DNA of 64,000 bases from Tubulanus polymorphus. Its lineage: Eukaryota; Animalia; Nemertea. How positions within the stretch are numbered: the first letter of the stretch is position 1; the number at the start of each line of letters is the position of its first letter. The DNA is taken from assembly GCF_964204645.1 (NCBI RefSeq), contig NC_134028.1, forward strand, positions 24,052,345 through 24,116,344, written 5' to 3'. Made by a program: the position numbers and the translations under genes. The notes below the pieces were generated by a model. It ran no database searches. It was not told the origin of the DNA and worked only from the letters and a program-made list of their open reading frames with translations. Of this stretch, positions 47,271 to 61,700 are shown piece by piece.

Positions 47271-50200
47271 TATAACAGTGACACCTGAGTCGTAATCATC
47301 GTCAGCCCGCTACTCAAATTCAGATTCACATTTTACTTAGATATCAATACTACCTCATCTCCTACTAACTCTTCATATTACACCTTATCGTCAAACGGAT
47401 GATGACTTTCTCGAGTTGTTGATCCGATTTCAAAGAGATTAAAAGCCAGCCCGCCCGATGGTGTAATCAAGCGACAAGATTCTTCCGGTTACGTATTTAG
47501 CTTATTTTAGCAATAATCCCAGAGACAGATAGATATAGGATAGTTTTTAGCAGAACGAAAGGCTCCATTATCCACAAAAGGATACATATTCAGCTTATTA
47601 GAGAAAGAACCCCAGAACAGAAAGAAAATCCTTCACTAAAATAACCGATTCATATAGTATCATTATAGTATAGTAGCATTTAGTTTCTAGTAGTAGGTGA
47701 AGCTCTATTATCCCTGAACGGCAAGAAAGACTTTAACAACGATATATCAATTTATTGTGGAAAGTTCTCGTTAGTTGGTAGCAGTAGAATACCAGATAGT
47801 TTGTTACGTATAACTTCGATAAATTCAATGAAGAATAAATCGAGATAAGACGGCATCGATGAACAACACCCCTTAAACCGGTCAATGGATGTGTCCACTC
47901 GAGTTTACTCGTATTATAATCATCGGAGATCGTATCGTTTTCGGGGCCTAAACCTTCAAATACCGAACAATCGAACGGACGAAGTTCGACTTATTCTGGC
48001 TTTTACCCGAGAACATATGTAGAAATTTGTTCAAAAGCGAAATAATGGGATTGAAGCAAATCGGTGGAAACAGTACAACACGGCGCAGCTCGCATCATCC
48101 GAGTCAGTCTCCGCATGTGTGTGTGTGTGTGACACTGTAATAAAACCATTGCTATGGCAACCAACTCAAATTTACCATCAACATGATGATCGGTGGCTTC
48201 GACGGATATTGTAACAGTTTTGTTGTACGTGTACTTAACATTAATGACAACATCGATGACAGCGATAATAACTGAACTAAAACTAACCATTTACGTTATT
48301 ATTATTATGAGCGCACGCGCACGCCACGGGATTTGCTGACTTATCTTAACAGTTTCAGAATATTGATTACGCTTCTGGTAGAAATTTAATTTAGTCCCAG
48401 GTTTTTTAGCTTTAGCTTCACTCATTACTGCCCAAATCAGTGATTTTTAGGCTTTTTCTGTATTAAGAGTATGGTCCTCGTGATAGGTGGGGCGATAGTA
48501 GCCAAATATCCGGGGTCGTCTACCGATAGATTCTTGATAGATTGAAATGTTACGCGTCAAACTCTTAAACATAAAATAATTGAAAAATTTATACTAGATT
48601 GCTTAGAGCTAATTGTTGGATTCTATTAGAAAGAAAATCTCGATTCATAGTATATTCACTCTCAAATAGTAGTCGTAGTCAGTTCTGGAAACTCAATAAA
48701 ACTTGATAAAAGTGAATGTAAACCAATGATCAACACAATAATAATTCCCGATTTTCTGCGGCCGAGGCTGTACAGAATGTCATTCCATAAATTGGATCAT
48801 CAGTGACAGTTGTCATGGCAACTGAACATATTACACGTCTGCAGGGAATTCTCAGATTCTATCGATAGAAGCAGACGCGCGAATCACACGCACCATCTAT
48901 CCACATTATCAGAAACTAATACCGAACTGATGGAAAGAATGGAATTTCTTTTCTGTTTATTGTTTTTCGAGTGATTCTATGCGAGTATCTAGGCCAGGTG
49001 GTATCCACTATAAACATATAAACCCTGAAAGTACATTTCCATCTATCGCATAAGATTATAGCAGGCCATATACCAATGTATTATGACAAAACGATAGCTG
49101 AATTATAGAAATGAAAATATTTTCAAAACATCTGCAAACTATCGACATGTTTGCTAAATTACTTAAAAACCATCACTGATAAACCATAATCAATGAAAAA
49201 TAAACAGGGTACCACAGAATCACCAATTATGTACTTCGATTTAAACAAGAAATTATGTAAACTTGACCGCCGATCACACATTATCTGTACTTCGCTTTCC
49301 GATTTCAAAATTAAACCCCCTGTTTCATCTGTGGCAGGTGAGTAAGGGACACTTAATCAAAACAAGTCAAATAAAATCTTCCAACCAAGATAACCACCTA
49401 AGTTAATGTATCTATGACTACAATTGTTCAGTACAGATTTTTTGGAAACAGCTGCGACCAATCGACATGTTTGCCATGAATTACTGATCAATCATAATTA
49501 ACAAAATAAGCAAGTTACCTTTTCATTAATTGTACCTTTAAGTAAATGTTAGAATCTGATACAAATAGCTTCCTATTAATCGATAATTACGTCGAATAAT
49601 TCTAGCGAGGCATCTCTAAATATGACAAGCGTCAATCATCTGATGAGTGTAGATATTATTTTAGCTAACATTACCTGAAGAGTGAACTGCATCGCGGAGA
49701 TCTTCGGAGATCTTTTCTATTCGTTAAGAAAACAGTCAGCCGTTCGACGACGCGTTACTGGGGCAGTTATAGCAACTGAATGTCAGAGGATGCAAGGAGG
49801 GTAAATATTACTACGTGCGCATCCTAAAATGTTTTTGATATAAATCTATCGGAGGTATTGAAACTGTACACCGCGCTATCTTCACGAAGCATATGTCTAA
49901 ACACCTCTCGTAGGACAGAGGTGAGATTATTTATAACCTCTCCCCGAGATAGAGTCAGTTAGTGCACACCCCTTTATCATCTCTTCTTCAGGAACAGTTT
50001 TACGCTCACCGTGTGTATATATATATATATATATCAATCGCGAGAAATAAATCATCGCAGCAGCAAAAAATGATATGCGCACTTTTAACTATTTTCGTGG
50101 CTGCCACAAGAAATAAAAACACAAACAGCAGGAAACACTGTCCGTATTACCTGATTCTAAGTTAATTTTTCCCTTAGTTTGTATCACTTCTGATAACTTG

Positions 50201-52684
50201 ATTAGTCCCTATATATAAAACTTGTCTCTTTGTTCTGGATTCTATATATATTTCATTATTTCCGTTGTAACTCTCTCTCAGTATTGCTGAAGAACGTTGA
50301 ATGAACTAAACTACTAGCTCAAGGAAACATTTTCAGACTACATCTAATTTTTTCTTTAGTTAGTTCAATGGTTTCAGCTATATTCTAAATGTCATCTACA
50401 TATATAGGAATACTGGATATGGTATGAAGATGACTATCAGGATTTAGGTCAGACGTCAAATGAACTTTTACTACCACAAAAAACATTTTGGACATTTTCA
50501 TGTAGGATTTTCTATATAATAAACCCGCAGATTTCATCTGAAATAACTGTTGAAAGTTTCTATAGAAATCCACAATTTCGGAATCACCGGATTATCTTAA
50601 GACTGAATCCTAAAATTCTACGATCACAATACACGCGGATATATCCATCAAGGTTGAAATATAGATATTATTCGCGATTCATTTTACGTTGTAAACATGA
50701 CCAGACACAAGTCAATTTGATTACGATTTCACCCCAGTACATCAGATAAACAATTTACTCAAATCAGTGAATTTGTTTTCATTTCTTATTTTACAACCGA
50801 CTGCATTATCTATACACAACACCCAGCACAGGTTCAGATATACTGAAGATGTCCAGGTGCAAGCCAAACCGCGCAGACTGAACGCGCGATTTCATAAATC
50901 CACGCAGAACTGAACAGCCAACGATGCATAAATATTCTGGTATCCCATAGGATGTAAACTACCGCGGCGGCTATATATAAAACTAAAAGATTTATATTCG
51001 ACAAGAGCCGTGGAACATCTCAACTTGGATCAAGGGTCAGATTATTGAAATACCACCCCTCACTATCTACCAGCAGTAAATGGCTACCTACTGATAGGTA
51101 AAGGAGATGACTGTAGCAGATAGGATACATTTCTAGCTGGGAAAATCATTTTTATTTGAATGGTAGATTACTAAGGGGCGGATCTAAGGGGATGTGCAAT
51201 CCCCCCCTGAAATATTTCTAAAAACCGATTCCTAAAAATTTGAAAATCTTATCTGAAAATGAGTTGATGTTTTCCCGATGATGAGTTTTCTTACATAAGG
51301 GGCTGCTGGTGCCCTTTTAATTCTAACAATGGGTCGACCCCCTCCCTGAATTTGATCCAAGCTAGCTCCACTGAGAGCATAAAAAATAATCACCAAGCCT
51401 AAACCAGACTTTAAGGAATTTCCAGATCTAAAAATCAATTCGATTAAAACAGCCACCATTAATTTGAGAAAAAGTATTTTCAGGACCCAGTTCAACAGTT
51501 ATGAGTTAAATCGTTACCGAAAATGAACTGAAATTAACTCACAAATGAGTTAACCATAATTCACAACTGCGGAACCGGATACCACCGTGTATATTTACCA
51601 GGGGAATTTGTCCGTTAATCTGCTGTTGATGATGATGATGATGATGATGAGGCTGAGGTATGCGAATAAAAGATAAATGCGGAGATTGTCCGGGCGCTGG
51701 ATGCGAGGTGAATATCTTCATACCTCCTCCAGGATTCATCATTCCGATATGTATATATATAACTATATTACTCCATATACGCGCCTAGTCTACTATAGAA
51801 TAGATGATACCACTCCTGTAGCTTCTGTTCAATGTATTAATTTGCCAAATGAAAACTGCAGGTTTTTAGTATATTATGCTGGAAACAGATTTGCATGACA
51901 ATCAATCGCGTATTTAGAACGCTAGCGAGCGAGCGGAGTGAACAGCTTGTCTGGAATGGTTGCGTTTTATGATGAATATTACTGACAACATAGATTATTA
52001 CATTACAAACCCTCGACCACAATAGACCCCAACAGCTGTTCATCGACGCAAGGACTCGTAGAGAAACATCATCGATATCAGTTCAAATCCAACTCTATGA
52101 ACCCATCATTTTCGTTTAATCACCGGCATATTTTCAACAACGACACCGAAGCTTTTTTTACCTCAAATAATTCGAAGTATGAAGTAAAATGATTTACTAT
52201 CAAAATCATATCAAAAGATTAGTAAAATTCTGATTTAAATTCATATTTATCACATTTTAAATCATATACGCATTATGTTGTATATGCAGTAATAAATACA
52301 CAAGCTGGAGTTCAAGTTCAAGTATATCTTGATTAGAAATATGTCCAAGGACTAACTACGAATTCACAAAAAGTTTTCAAATTTTGCAGCTAATGGGAAT
52401 AAGTTTTATTAACATCTCGAGTTTCGATTTCTAGGAAAATAATTATTCAGCGCATTGATGGAGGAGTGATGAGTGGATTCATCATCATCCTCACATGCCT
52501 ACAGTAACCCACCACGTATCAACCATCCATCCTGATCCAGCCAGACAAAAAAAAAACTTTTCAAACTTCCCTAAAACTTCTTCCGATCGCCCGATTCGGT
52601 CGAAAATACATCCTACAAGCCGGCCTGTTCAACTTGAAAATATATTCGGCAAATTTTTCCCAAAGAAACCCGGCGAAAACTTAC

Positions 52685-52714
52685 CAAACCCTTGAACATC
52701 GCAGGAGCCCACAT
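52685..52714 (-). CDS. Rbfox: Candidate alternative first coding exon (MWAPAMFKGL)
   Basis: Phase-0 donor TTG|gtaagt at 52684; lies just downstream of YY1/ETS/CCAAT motifs. Confidence 0.55.
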
Positions 52715-52744
52715 CGCGAAGAAAATATACTTTCTACTGCTGCA

Positions 52745-52830
52745 TACAAAATGGCGTCTTAGACCGGAAACTTAGGAAAGTTGATATGGGGTTCTAATTC
52801 TGTGGCCTAGCTAAGCTACTATTGGTTGAA
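52745..52830 (-). promoter_or_regulatory. Candidate TATA-less promoter: CCAAT (52821-25), ETS CCGGAA (52764-69), YY1 CGCCATTTT (52748-56)
   Basis: Order and spacing typical of a housekeeping-type core promoter firing on the minus strand. Confidence 0.55.
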
Positions 52831-55465
52831 ACTAGTAAATAGCCTCACAACGTACTTGATTGGATCCAGATGTTTTGTCAAGATACTATACGAGTGCTAG
52901 TTTTAACAAATCTATTAGGAGACTCAACATGCCAGAGGACAATGAGTTTTTGTTGCAGATGCTTATACAGCCCCCACATGTAGTCAAAACATTTCATACA
53001 CAGGAAATCCCTGTTGATTCAGATTTCATTGCGTCATTCAAGGAGGCGGGAACTATAAACACATCTAGTACACTGTAAACAAGCTCTTTCATGAGTAGTT
53101 ATGTAACTGGACTAGAAAATGTTTTTCTCAATGATAAAAGCTGGATCAAGCATCAGTTTTGAATTCCACTGTTCTTGACTTACCCACAGAGACTGATTAA
53201 TATCTTCCCAATCGTCGCCGTTACTATTTTCTTCGCTAAATATTAGTTGTCTAGGATCAAATATGGGATACATTCTACAATTTTTTCAGCCTTAATCATC
53301 AAAAAATGAAGAAAAACTTTCTTCTTCAAGGAAGCATATAAATAGCGTATAGCAATAATTATCAACAATAGCAGACGAATCAATGATCTCAGATGACCTC
53401 ATTTTCAGAAAACTCACTGTTGCTGTTTGCTGTTTTTATTTCAGTATACTGATACATGTGTACTGATATCATCAACTTGCGATTACTTGCATATATGAAT
53501 TCCTAACTATTCAAATATGCAATTATTTAAGTCATTTAAATAAATCAAGATATTTGTTGTTCACCACTATCTTGATAAAAAAATCCTTTCATTTTCAAAA
53601 AGCTAATAACTTGATTCAAATACAAGCTATCCTAGTGAATCTGTCACTACCAATCTATGCTCAAGATGGCCCTGTTTTTACAACATCTAATTGCTCAAAA
53701 ATGTCAAACTCCTTAACCTGTAAAATATCTATTAATATTTTTGATAAAACTTGGAAACTTCAAATTCACTTAAAATAAGCTGTGTCTTCTTCCAGTAATT
53801 ATTTGGACATAAATACACATTGTATAATATACTATTTTCACTATCATATAGAATTTCACCTTTTTCATGGACTCATTATTCTCATGAACCTATACCAAAA
53901 TCGCTATTAAGTTACTTTCATCAATAGGAGTCATTTATCACCATATTCGTTGAAATACATCATCAAAATGAATACATACCTTTGAGTATTTGAGAGAATG
54001 CAATAAATGTGGTAAAAGAGCTACTTTCATCATGATTCTTAAATAGGTTTTACGTCCAGCGTTGAATAATGACTAGAAGAAAGGAACACGGAAGGAGTTT
54101 CCGTAAAAGTCTGTGCTGCAAATGACTAGAACGAGGAGACTATATTGATTGTTAAATCACTGTATCACAGAGTACTGTCATCCTCTAATAAGTTGCAGTT
54201 AGATGAGCACCGATGACTAATCCCGAGTAAAGTCAACGAATCCAGCAGATTCAAGCATACGCACTGGCACTATTAGTAATCCAGGTCATCGATAAGATGA
54301 TGCTATTCTCACTTCTCGCAGTGGCAGTAGTTGAACTGTCACAGGGAAAAAGTGTTAATCGCAGTTATTAGCCAGCTCCGCCTGTACTGCTATGCTGGTT
54401 GGTTGACAAAGTCCGTCAGACCTTTGTGTACAACAGACAATAGCTCAACACACCTTCCTCCAGTGGGTATGGCCTTTTACGACTAGCCTCATATCGTAGT
54501 ACAAAAGCTGGATGGGAACAGATGTACCGGGCAGATTTATGGATTCACTGTCTTCTGGCTGGCACACGCCCTACACGTGAAGGAATGGTGGTCGTGTGCC
54601 ATCTAACAATAAAATCTATTGTCGCTAATAACTTAGCAAATTCCCACTTCTTCAGAATCGCGACTTACGTAATTCAACAAGACGCGTTTATTCATTCTAA
54701 AAATACACATTTGACATTCAATCTGTGTCGGCTATTGCTTTGAGATTAAGCAATTTAAAAATGAATTTCAATCTCAAGATTTTACCCCGGTTGTGCTCCC
54801 CCATCAATTATTGATACGAGTCATAGGGGTCAATGTTTCTCGTTGGTTAGGCATGAAAATTGTCATTAAAAATAAATTTAAATCTTAATAATAAGACTTG
54901 ACACTGGTTGAGCTGCTACTATCAATTATTAATTCAAGTCATAGGGTCAATGTTTACCATTAAATATTCATCAATATTATAGGATGAATTATGGAATGGA
55001 ATCCAAGCCACAATACCCAATCAATACCCGGTACCTATATGAGCATGTGGCTCAGGTCATTAATTATTCTCTTGACAAAGCCACAAATCAATGTTGTCAC
55101 AAATATATCATAAGCATTTTGTCGATTATACAACATGTGTCAATAACAGAGATTTTTCCATTCAATTGAAAACTGTGTTAATTGCCCTTCATTTCAACAA
55201 GGTTGAGAGTGCTTGTATAACATGATGATGTAAAGTCTAAATGTTTTGAGTCACATTGAGAAATACTAGCACTCCAAATAGAAATAGCTCAACGCATAGT
55301 ATTAAATACAGGATCATATTCTAAATTCTATAAAACTGATTTATTCTTGGAAATTAGAAATTTACAGCGGGGTTGATTAACTGATTATGGTCATCTCTCA
55401 AGATTGTATAATTCTGGTGTTGACGGTTGCTAGTAGGTGGCAGCACCTCCTTATCGCCAGTCAAA

Positions 55466-55792
55466 TCGAGAACAATATCAACTAAGATTCAAACCGATAA
55501 CCACAAACCTCCTGAGAGGGAACGCTAGGGGCGGATCTAAGAAATTTGGTAGGCCAGTGACCAGAAGAAAAGGCATTTTTCAAATAAAGCAGCCATTTCA
55601 TAGACTTTTAAGGAGAAGCCCCACCAAAGTTATTAGATATTCTTTAAGAAATACGTTTGAAATAACAAAATTTCTGAAAGGATAAGTGATAAAGTAGCAG
55701 GTTTTAATGATCTTTGACTTGACAAAAAGGTCAACCTCAATAGGAAGGCAGGGGTGCGGACCCCAGAGACCACCCCTTTAATCCGTCCCTGA
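55466..55792. mobile_element. AGGGGCGGATCTA-ended MITE (hAT-like ends); relatives near 9777, 51173 and 60720
   Basis: aggggcggatctaag ... ttaatccgtccctg inverted ends. Confidence 0.55.
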
Positions 55793-55916
55793 CACACTTT
55801 AATATCGCTAGACGTGAACAAATTTGTACGGATCCTCGTAGAATAAAGCTACAAAGAATAAAGGTCTTAAAACAATTATCCCTAGCATTATTTTTTGGAT
55901 AAGTTTAACTGATTAT

Positions 55917-55950
55917 CTGAAGATGACTATTAGGATAAAGTCGAAACGTC
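55917..55950 (+). ncRNA. Minimal type-I hammerhead-ribozyme-like motif (Penelope/retrozyme type)
   Basis: CTGAAGA-T-GACT[attaggataa]AGTC-GAAAC-GTC: intact core boxes, stem II and palindromic ACGT in place of helix III; helix I weak. Confidence 0.6.
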
Positions 55951-57403
55951 GAAATAATAAATCATTAGCTTGAAGAAAACTTTTCGACTTCCGTCTTTCT
56001 CGTTTCATTAGTGTGGGGTTCTCAGGTATACAGAAAAATGTCACTGGAAGAAATGCCACTGGCAAAAAATGCCGCCGAATAGGAAAAAATGTCTCTTTTT
56101 GTATAGTGGGTGGCATTTTTTCCTACAACCAGATTCTCAATAGATCCACGACTTAAACTTCATTTTGCCAATCAATTAGAACATGAACTATTCATCCATC
56201 AATTATAACAACAAATGGTTGTTTTAGGTGTTTGGATGCACAAGGCGTCCAATTCATCATCAAATCCTTTCAATCCGACTAAAAAGGTCTATCTCTCCAC
56301 AGTGGATATAAATCAATTGATCTGCTTAATAAATGTCATCTTTGTGAACAGGAGACCAAAATTGATGGCTAATTGATCACCGTGTTTTTGACTGCAATAG
56401 CCTACTACAGATGATTTTAGCATATATGCAAGCGCTATGTAAATCAACCAGTACAGATTCCAGTACAGATTCTATCACCTAACTGTGTCTCGAAAATCGG
56501 TTACCCATTCATGATTAATTATTCATCAACTATGATTGTAATTAAAGGTGGGGATCTGGATGTTTGCTCCAGGATGGAACAATTTAAATGCAATGATGAG
56601 CCAAGCATGTGTTTTTGAAAAACGAAGACAATACAGCCTCCGTAACATATTTTTGGAGAAAGCCTGTGGATTATTCAGATTTTCTTGATACCAAGAGAAA
56701 GGCTTTAATCCCAGAAACTAGCGCAGATTTTCAAGTACATTTCATTTAACAGGGAAGAATCCAAAAGTGCATGTTCTGCAGTTATAGCCTCATGATTTCC
56801 CTTTGCGAGAATAATCGTTTCCCATGAACCTACTACAATTAGATTTATCAGTTTCATAGACTGATTAGATTTCAATCTTAGACAGTGATAAGGATGAGGC
56901 TCTAAATGAAAGCGTTACTAACACGGTTAACTTCGAATAAAGTCAATTATTTTCCTCAAGAACGATGATTTTGAGAAATTATGAACAAAATTGCTCTTCA
57001 TCAAATCAGGGAATTATCAATCACGACTGGTGAAACCTTGGTAATGTTCTGTTGATGATAGAGCGCAGAGAGTAATTAATCATGATGGCATGTGCTGATT
57101 GAAAGCCACAAGTATTACATACATATACACATTAATCACAGATATTGCAAATTTCTTTGGAGCGTCTTATATCCCTGCGAATTCATCTAGTATTGAAAAG
57201 TGTCAGAGAATAAATCAAAATGGGGCCTTATCACGATCTCGTCACCCTTGCATACTGAACACCATAAAACATTTATGCACAAAAATGATGAAACGTACAC
57301 ATACAGACAGATAGTACTTTATAGGTTATATGAAAACGAGCTTCATCGGGTAAAGGTTATTCGAAAGGTTATTCACCAGATGAACCTACCAAGCGCCAGC
57401 AGA

Positions 57404-57472
57404 GAAAGCTCATTTTCTCAAACAAACAATTCATTTTCAACACAAAGCTCATTTTCTCAAACAAACAATTCA
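57404..57472 (+). repeat. Short direct duplication of aaagctcattttctcaaacaaacaattca
   Basis: Two identical 29-bp copies about 40 bp apart. Confidence 0.8.
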
Positions 57473-57920
57473 ACAATTATTGATCAGTATGATCACAATT
57501 TCTGTGATGAAACAATAAATCTCAAATCCCAAAAATGTTGAAAGACTAAAAAGTTAATCTGAGATACTTGAAATATCTTACCACCTTCTTAAGTCTAAAA
57601 ATGAATCTTGACTAAGGGTGGTAAATAAATTTCTAGTAATTTAAGATTAACTTTTTAGCCTCTCAACAATTGTGGGATTTAACAGCTATAAAGAGCGATC
57701 TGTCTTAACGTTTCAATGATTCAACACCAGGATCTTCTATACGAATTGTACAAAAATAATCTAATGGATTCACCGAATATAGCAAGTATGAAATGAAATT
57801 TGGTTGAATACCCCCGGAAAATGTTATGTACTCTGAGAAAACTTGAAACTGTCAAAATCGTCACAAACTCTTAAGATTCAAAAATTAAGAATAATCGAAA
57901 AGAGACTTCGTTGAACTTAC

Positions 57921-58094
57921 GTGCAACTCCTCTTCGAGAGGGTCGACAACGAGAAAATACATTCCTCCCAAACTCGGGTAGCAAACATCGACTTTAACCG
58001 GATGATAAAGAGCATCGGGCTGCATGAGGGGATAAGATGACCACTCGATACCAGCACCACTCGCGCCACTCACAGCACTCGTTAGATCGAGCAT
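57921..58094 (-). CDS. Rbfox: Candidate alternative first coding exon (58 aa: MLDLTSAVSGASGAGIEWSSYPLMQPDALYHPVKVDVCYPSLGGMYFLVVDPLEEELH)
   Basis: ATG-initiated open frame ending at a consensus phase-0 donor CAC|gtaagt, compatible with the 42680 acceptor; CpG-rich upstream region. Confidence 0.6.
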
Positions 58095-58099
58095 CAATC

Positions 58100-58760
58100 C
58101 TCACTTATCGAAACCGTCTTGTCTCGGTTAACAATGCGACTGATTATCGCGACGTGAATTCCGACCCGAAACGAAATCGAAACCCTGACTCGGATATATC
58201 CAATTTTCCCGTTCCCGTCGAAATGCGACGATCACGCACGGCGCGTTGAGAGCGTAATCTCAATTAGCGAAATCGTGATTTCGTTCCGAGGCTACGATCA
58301 TCGACGCGTGCCAAGTTTTCGCAGCGATCCGCAACAACGGCGACAGACGAAATATCTCGACTATCTTCTATCCAATCTGTTGACATCGTCGAATAAACAC
58401 TCGCCAATTAGCATTCATCGCAGCCGGAAATTAGTCGCACTCGACGATGATAGATTTTTTCGGGCGGTGTTCAACATCGGACGGGCGAGAAGTTTGAGAG
58501 ATGCGCACGTTCGAAACGAGTATTGACAAGTGTCATATTCTAACGCACGCCGCCCGCTCCCTCGCGCAGAATACGACCGTGATTTATGCTGATTGGAAAA
58601 CTACGAGATCAATGCCGTGCATCTTCTTTATTGCATCGTTTCATTTCGAACGCGATTTACATAAAAACGCGATTTAGTTCACGAGACGCGGTTTCAGGAC
58701 CGAGCCACAGCGCCGCCCCCTGATACACGCGTTAAGTGGTCGCGAATTCGAAAAATACGA
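58100..58760 (-). promoter_or_regulatory. Candidate distal promoter / 5' UTR, CpG-rich
   Basis: GC-rich motifs (cgccgcccgc, gcgccgcccc) and a CCAAT (minus) near 58593, upstream of the 58094 ATG. Confidence 0.35.
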
Positions 58761-61700
58761 CGCCTCGAAAACCAAAACCAATAAATTATTCGTAAATTTC
58801 TCGTTTTTCCAATAAAGTATATATCAACTGAACTTATGACAGTTTGACAGAACTTGGTCAACAGATTCACAAAGATTTCTATCACTGGGAAGACAGTGAT
58901 ATCAACGTCGTTCGCGATATATATTGCGAGATTTGAATTTCGTTATCGATTATTTTTCTCGCGAGAGTCATCTGATTAAAACTGTCTGCAGTCATCTCGA
59001 TAACAGGTGATGCATTACATAGCTCCGTTAATTACACATAGCGTTAGTTTCACCGCTAAAAGTGCTCCATTTAGACGAGGAGAAAGCCTCGTAGATGACT
59101 GAAGTACTTTCAAATAAATTGAACTAGCTTCATTTACGAACACTCCATCAGATCAGCGAAGTATTTACAGTAGATACGTTCTAATTTCGGGACTAGCAAA
59201 CCGTCAGCACAACCTCAATTCCATCCATTTCCCTACTGATTCGAGAAAAAGACCGAACCAGAACTATCTGATAAAAAGAACGCCGCGTATGATCGGAATT
59301 GGTTTTTACGGAATCTCTCCTGGGACTCGGCGAGTTCCCGGGACTTATGTATTAGAAGTTGTATATTTGAGAATATGCGATAACCGATAGAAACCTTCCT
59401 TCATGAATCATACACACGAGTATACAGCCTTTTGGGAACGTATTCATTTTCTACATAAAATGCCTGAAGTTGACAGACTGGCGAGATTGGTGCCGGTATT
59501 GAAAATATCATTACAAAAAGCAAATTAATAGGACTTCGATCTCTAGGTGAAAATAGATATTCCCGGTTACTTTATAGAATCCTCTCGTGAATATATTCAT
59601 TTTCAACTCTGCTAGAATAGACGCATTATTCCCAAGGGTGTTGGTAGTTTCAAAGGTTATGGTGTTCATTTGAGGTAAAATTACCTTGCAATCAAAGAAA
59701 AATCTTGACTTTTTAACCGAAATGCTAGCAGCCATGTTCAACAACTCAAAAAAGAAAAAAATTTATGAAAATGGCTTATAAAATTTGAGTTGAGCTTTTA
59801 AGTTTTTCATTGATTGTGGGTTTTATCCTTCGACTGAATTAGGCAGTCACATGCCTATGAAAACTAATGAATTACGATGACCATTTTCGTAATATTACAA
59901 TAATTATGATTTTAGGGTCTCCACAGTTTAAAAAGGTTGGGTGGTCACTTTTGTAGGTTAAATCGATTATGAAAAAGTTGAATTATTTGAGCTTCGATCT
60001 TGCCAGTTAGAAATAAATGGACAGTAAAAGCTGCAATCACACAGAGATGATTTGGCCCGGGCCAAATTGGCACGGATCAGGCCCCAGTCTAATTGGCCGG
60101 TGCCTAATTAGAGAGCGTGTTCACTTGTAAACCACTCACTCTACTAAAGAATGCTTAAACAATGCAAAGTTGCAATTCAAACGCCATCATTTGATGCATG
60201 TTAGAATTTGGCTTGGGCCTGGTCCGACGATTTTGGCACATGTGAGAACAGTGTTGATGTGGGCCAAATATGGCACAGGCCATAAGTGCTTGTGTGGTCG
60301 CGGCTTTCATCTGGATAGTTAAAATAGGATGGTATAACATAACTTCATAGAGTTGTTTGAAAATGAAGCAGCTATAGTAAATACTATTGACGAATGCAGG
60401 AAATATTTACAAGTGACTGATGGAGCTGATCTGATGAAAACAAATACGAGACACTGGCTGGTCTATGGCAACACGGGGTCCCGCATTAAATGTGCGTATT
60501 TACCCAATCTAAAAAGCCATTTAGAAAATTACTGTTTGAAAAATGCTTCACGAACCCGTCAGAGTCGGGGTACTCGTCGCAGTAAAGCTCGCGTATTACG
60601 CAGTTTGTTTGTCTACATTATATTGAATAAACAGCGCGGGTAACGGTCGTAAATGTGCAATATAGAAAGAAACATCATTAGGTAAATTGTACGATAAAAA
60701 ACAATAACACGTGCTGATCCGGGGCAGATTTAGGGGGTCCGGACTCCTCTCTTCCCATGATTGGCCCTGCAAATTTGACACTCATATTTTCCGATGTATT
60801 TAGAAAATCTCTAATACTTGGTCGGGACCCGGCGAGTAGCTTATGACATGGCTGCTTTTATCTGAAAACTGCCTTTTCTTTTCTTCCGGACCCCGACCTC
60901 GCGACATTCCTGATCGTCTCCTAAAGATCAATCATAATTCATACAGAATTCTTCGGCGAAGTGACAAATACCAGTGACCGAAATCTCGGAAACGGCCGAG
61001 AAAGCGCGACGGATTTGATACCGCGATTATGCAACTTCATACGCAAAAATGTCGAGAACCGTCGATTAAGTAGTTTGTCATCGTCACCGTTAATCCGGCG
61101 TTCATGAGCAGAAAATACTTTCGGCTCAACGGATCAGCTTAAAAACCCATCATCTATACGTGTGTGAGTACATACGCAGCGCGAGCATGAATGCCCATCA
61201 ACCACGACTCGACGGAAAATACTATCGGAATATTTGGCTCGAGGAGGACGGACTTCAAAACTGCACTGTGTACGGATCATCCACTTCTCCCGATGAACGA
61301 GAAGCAATATCCATTACGAAGAAAAGACGAGATTACGACTCGCGATTTCAGAACGAAACCGGGTACCACTAGGGGTGGAAAAGGCTGAATAAGAACGTCG
61401 CGATATTTCCCTAGAGAACCGAGCCGCGCACGCGATACAGATGCCGAGGCTCGAGGAGCCAGAATTAAAGACGGGGAATGAGAAACAAGTACAATATCGA
61501 CAAGTTTATGGCGACGATATCGGATCAGATCACGCGAGAACCGACCGTCGAAAATTGGTGCGCGTAATGAAATACAACCGAAGACGTTCGTATGAGAGAG
61601 AATCGTATAAATCAACGACGGACGACGCTGTTTTTATGTCAACCGATGACATCGCATTCTCATTTCATGCATCGCGTAACCGATAGTTCAATAGCACGAT

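Noticed and set aside
51010-51110. SINE central-domain-like relic (cagcagtaaatggctacct)
   Set aside because: Single short decayed match; family cannot be assigned without a database search.
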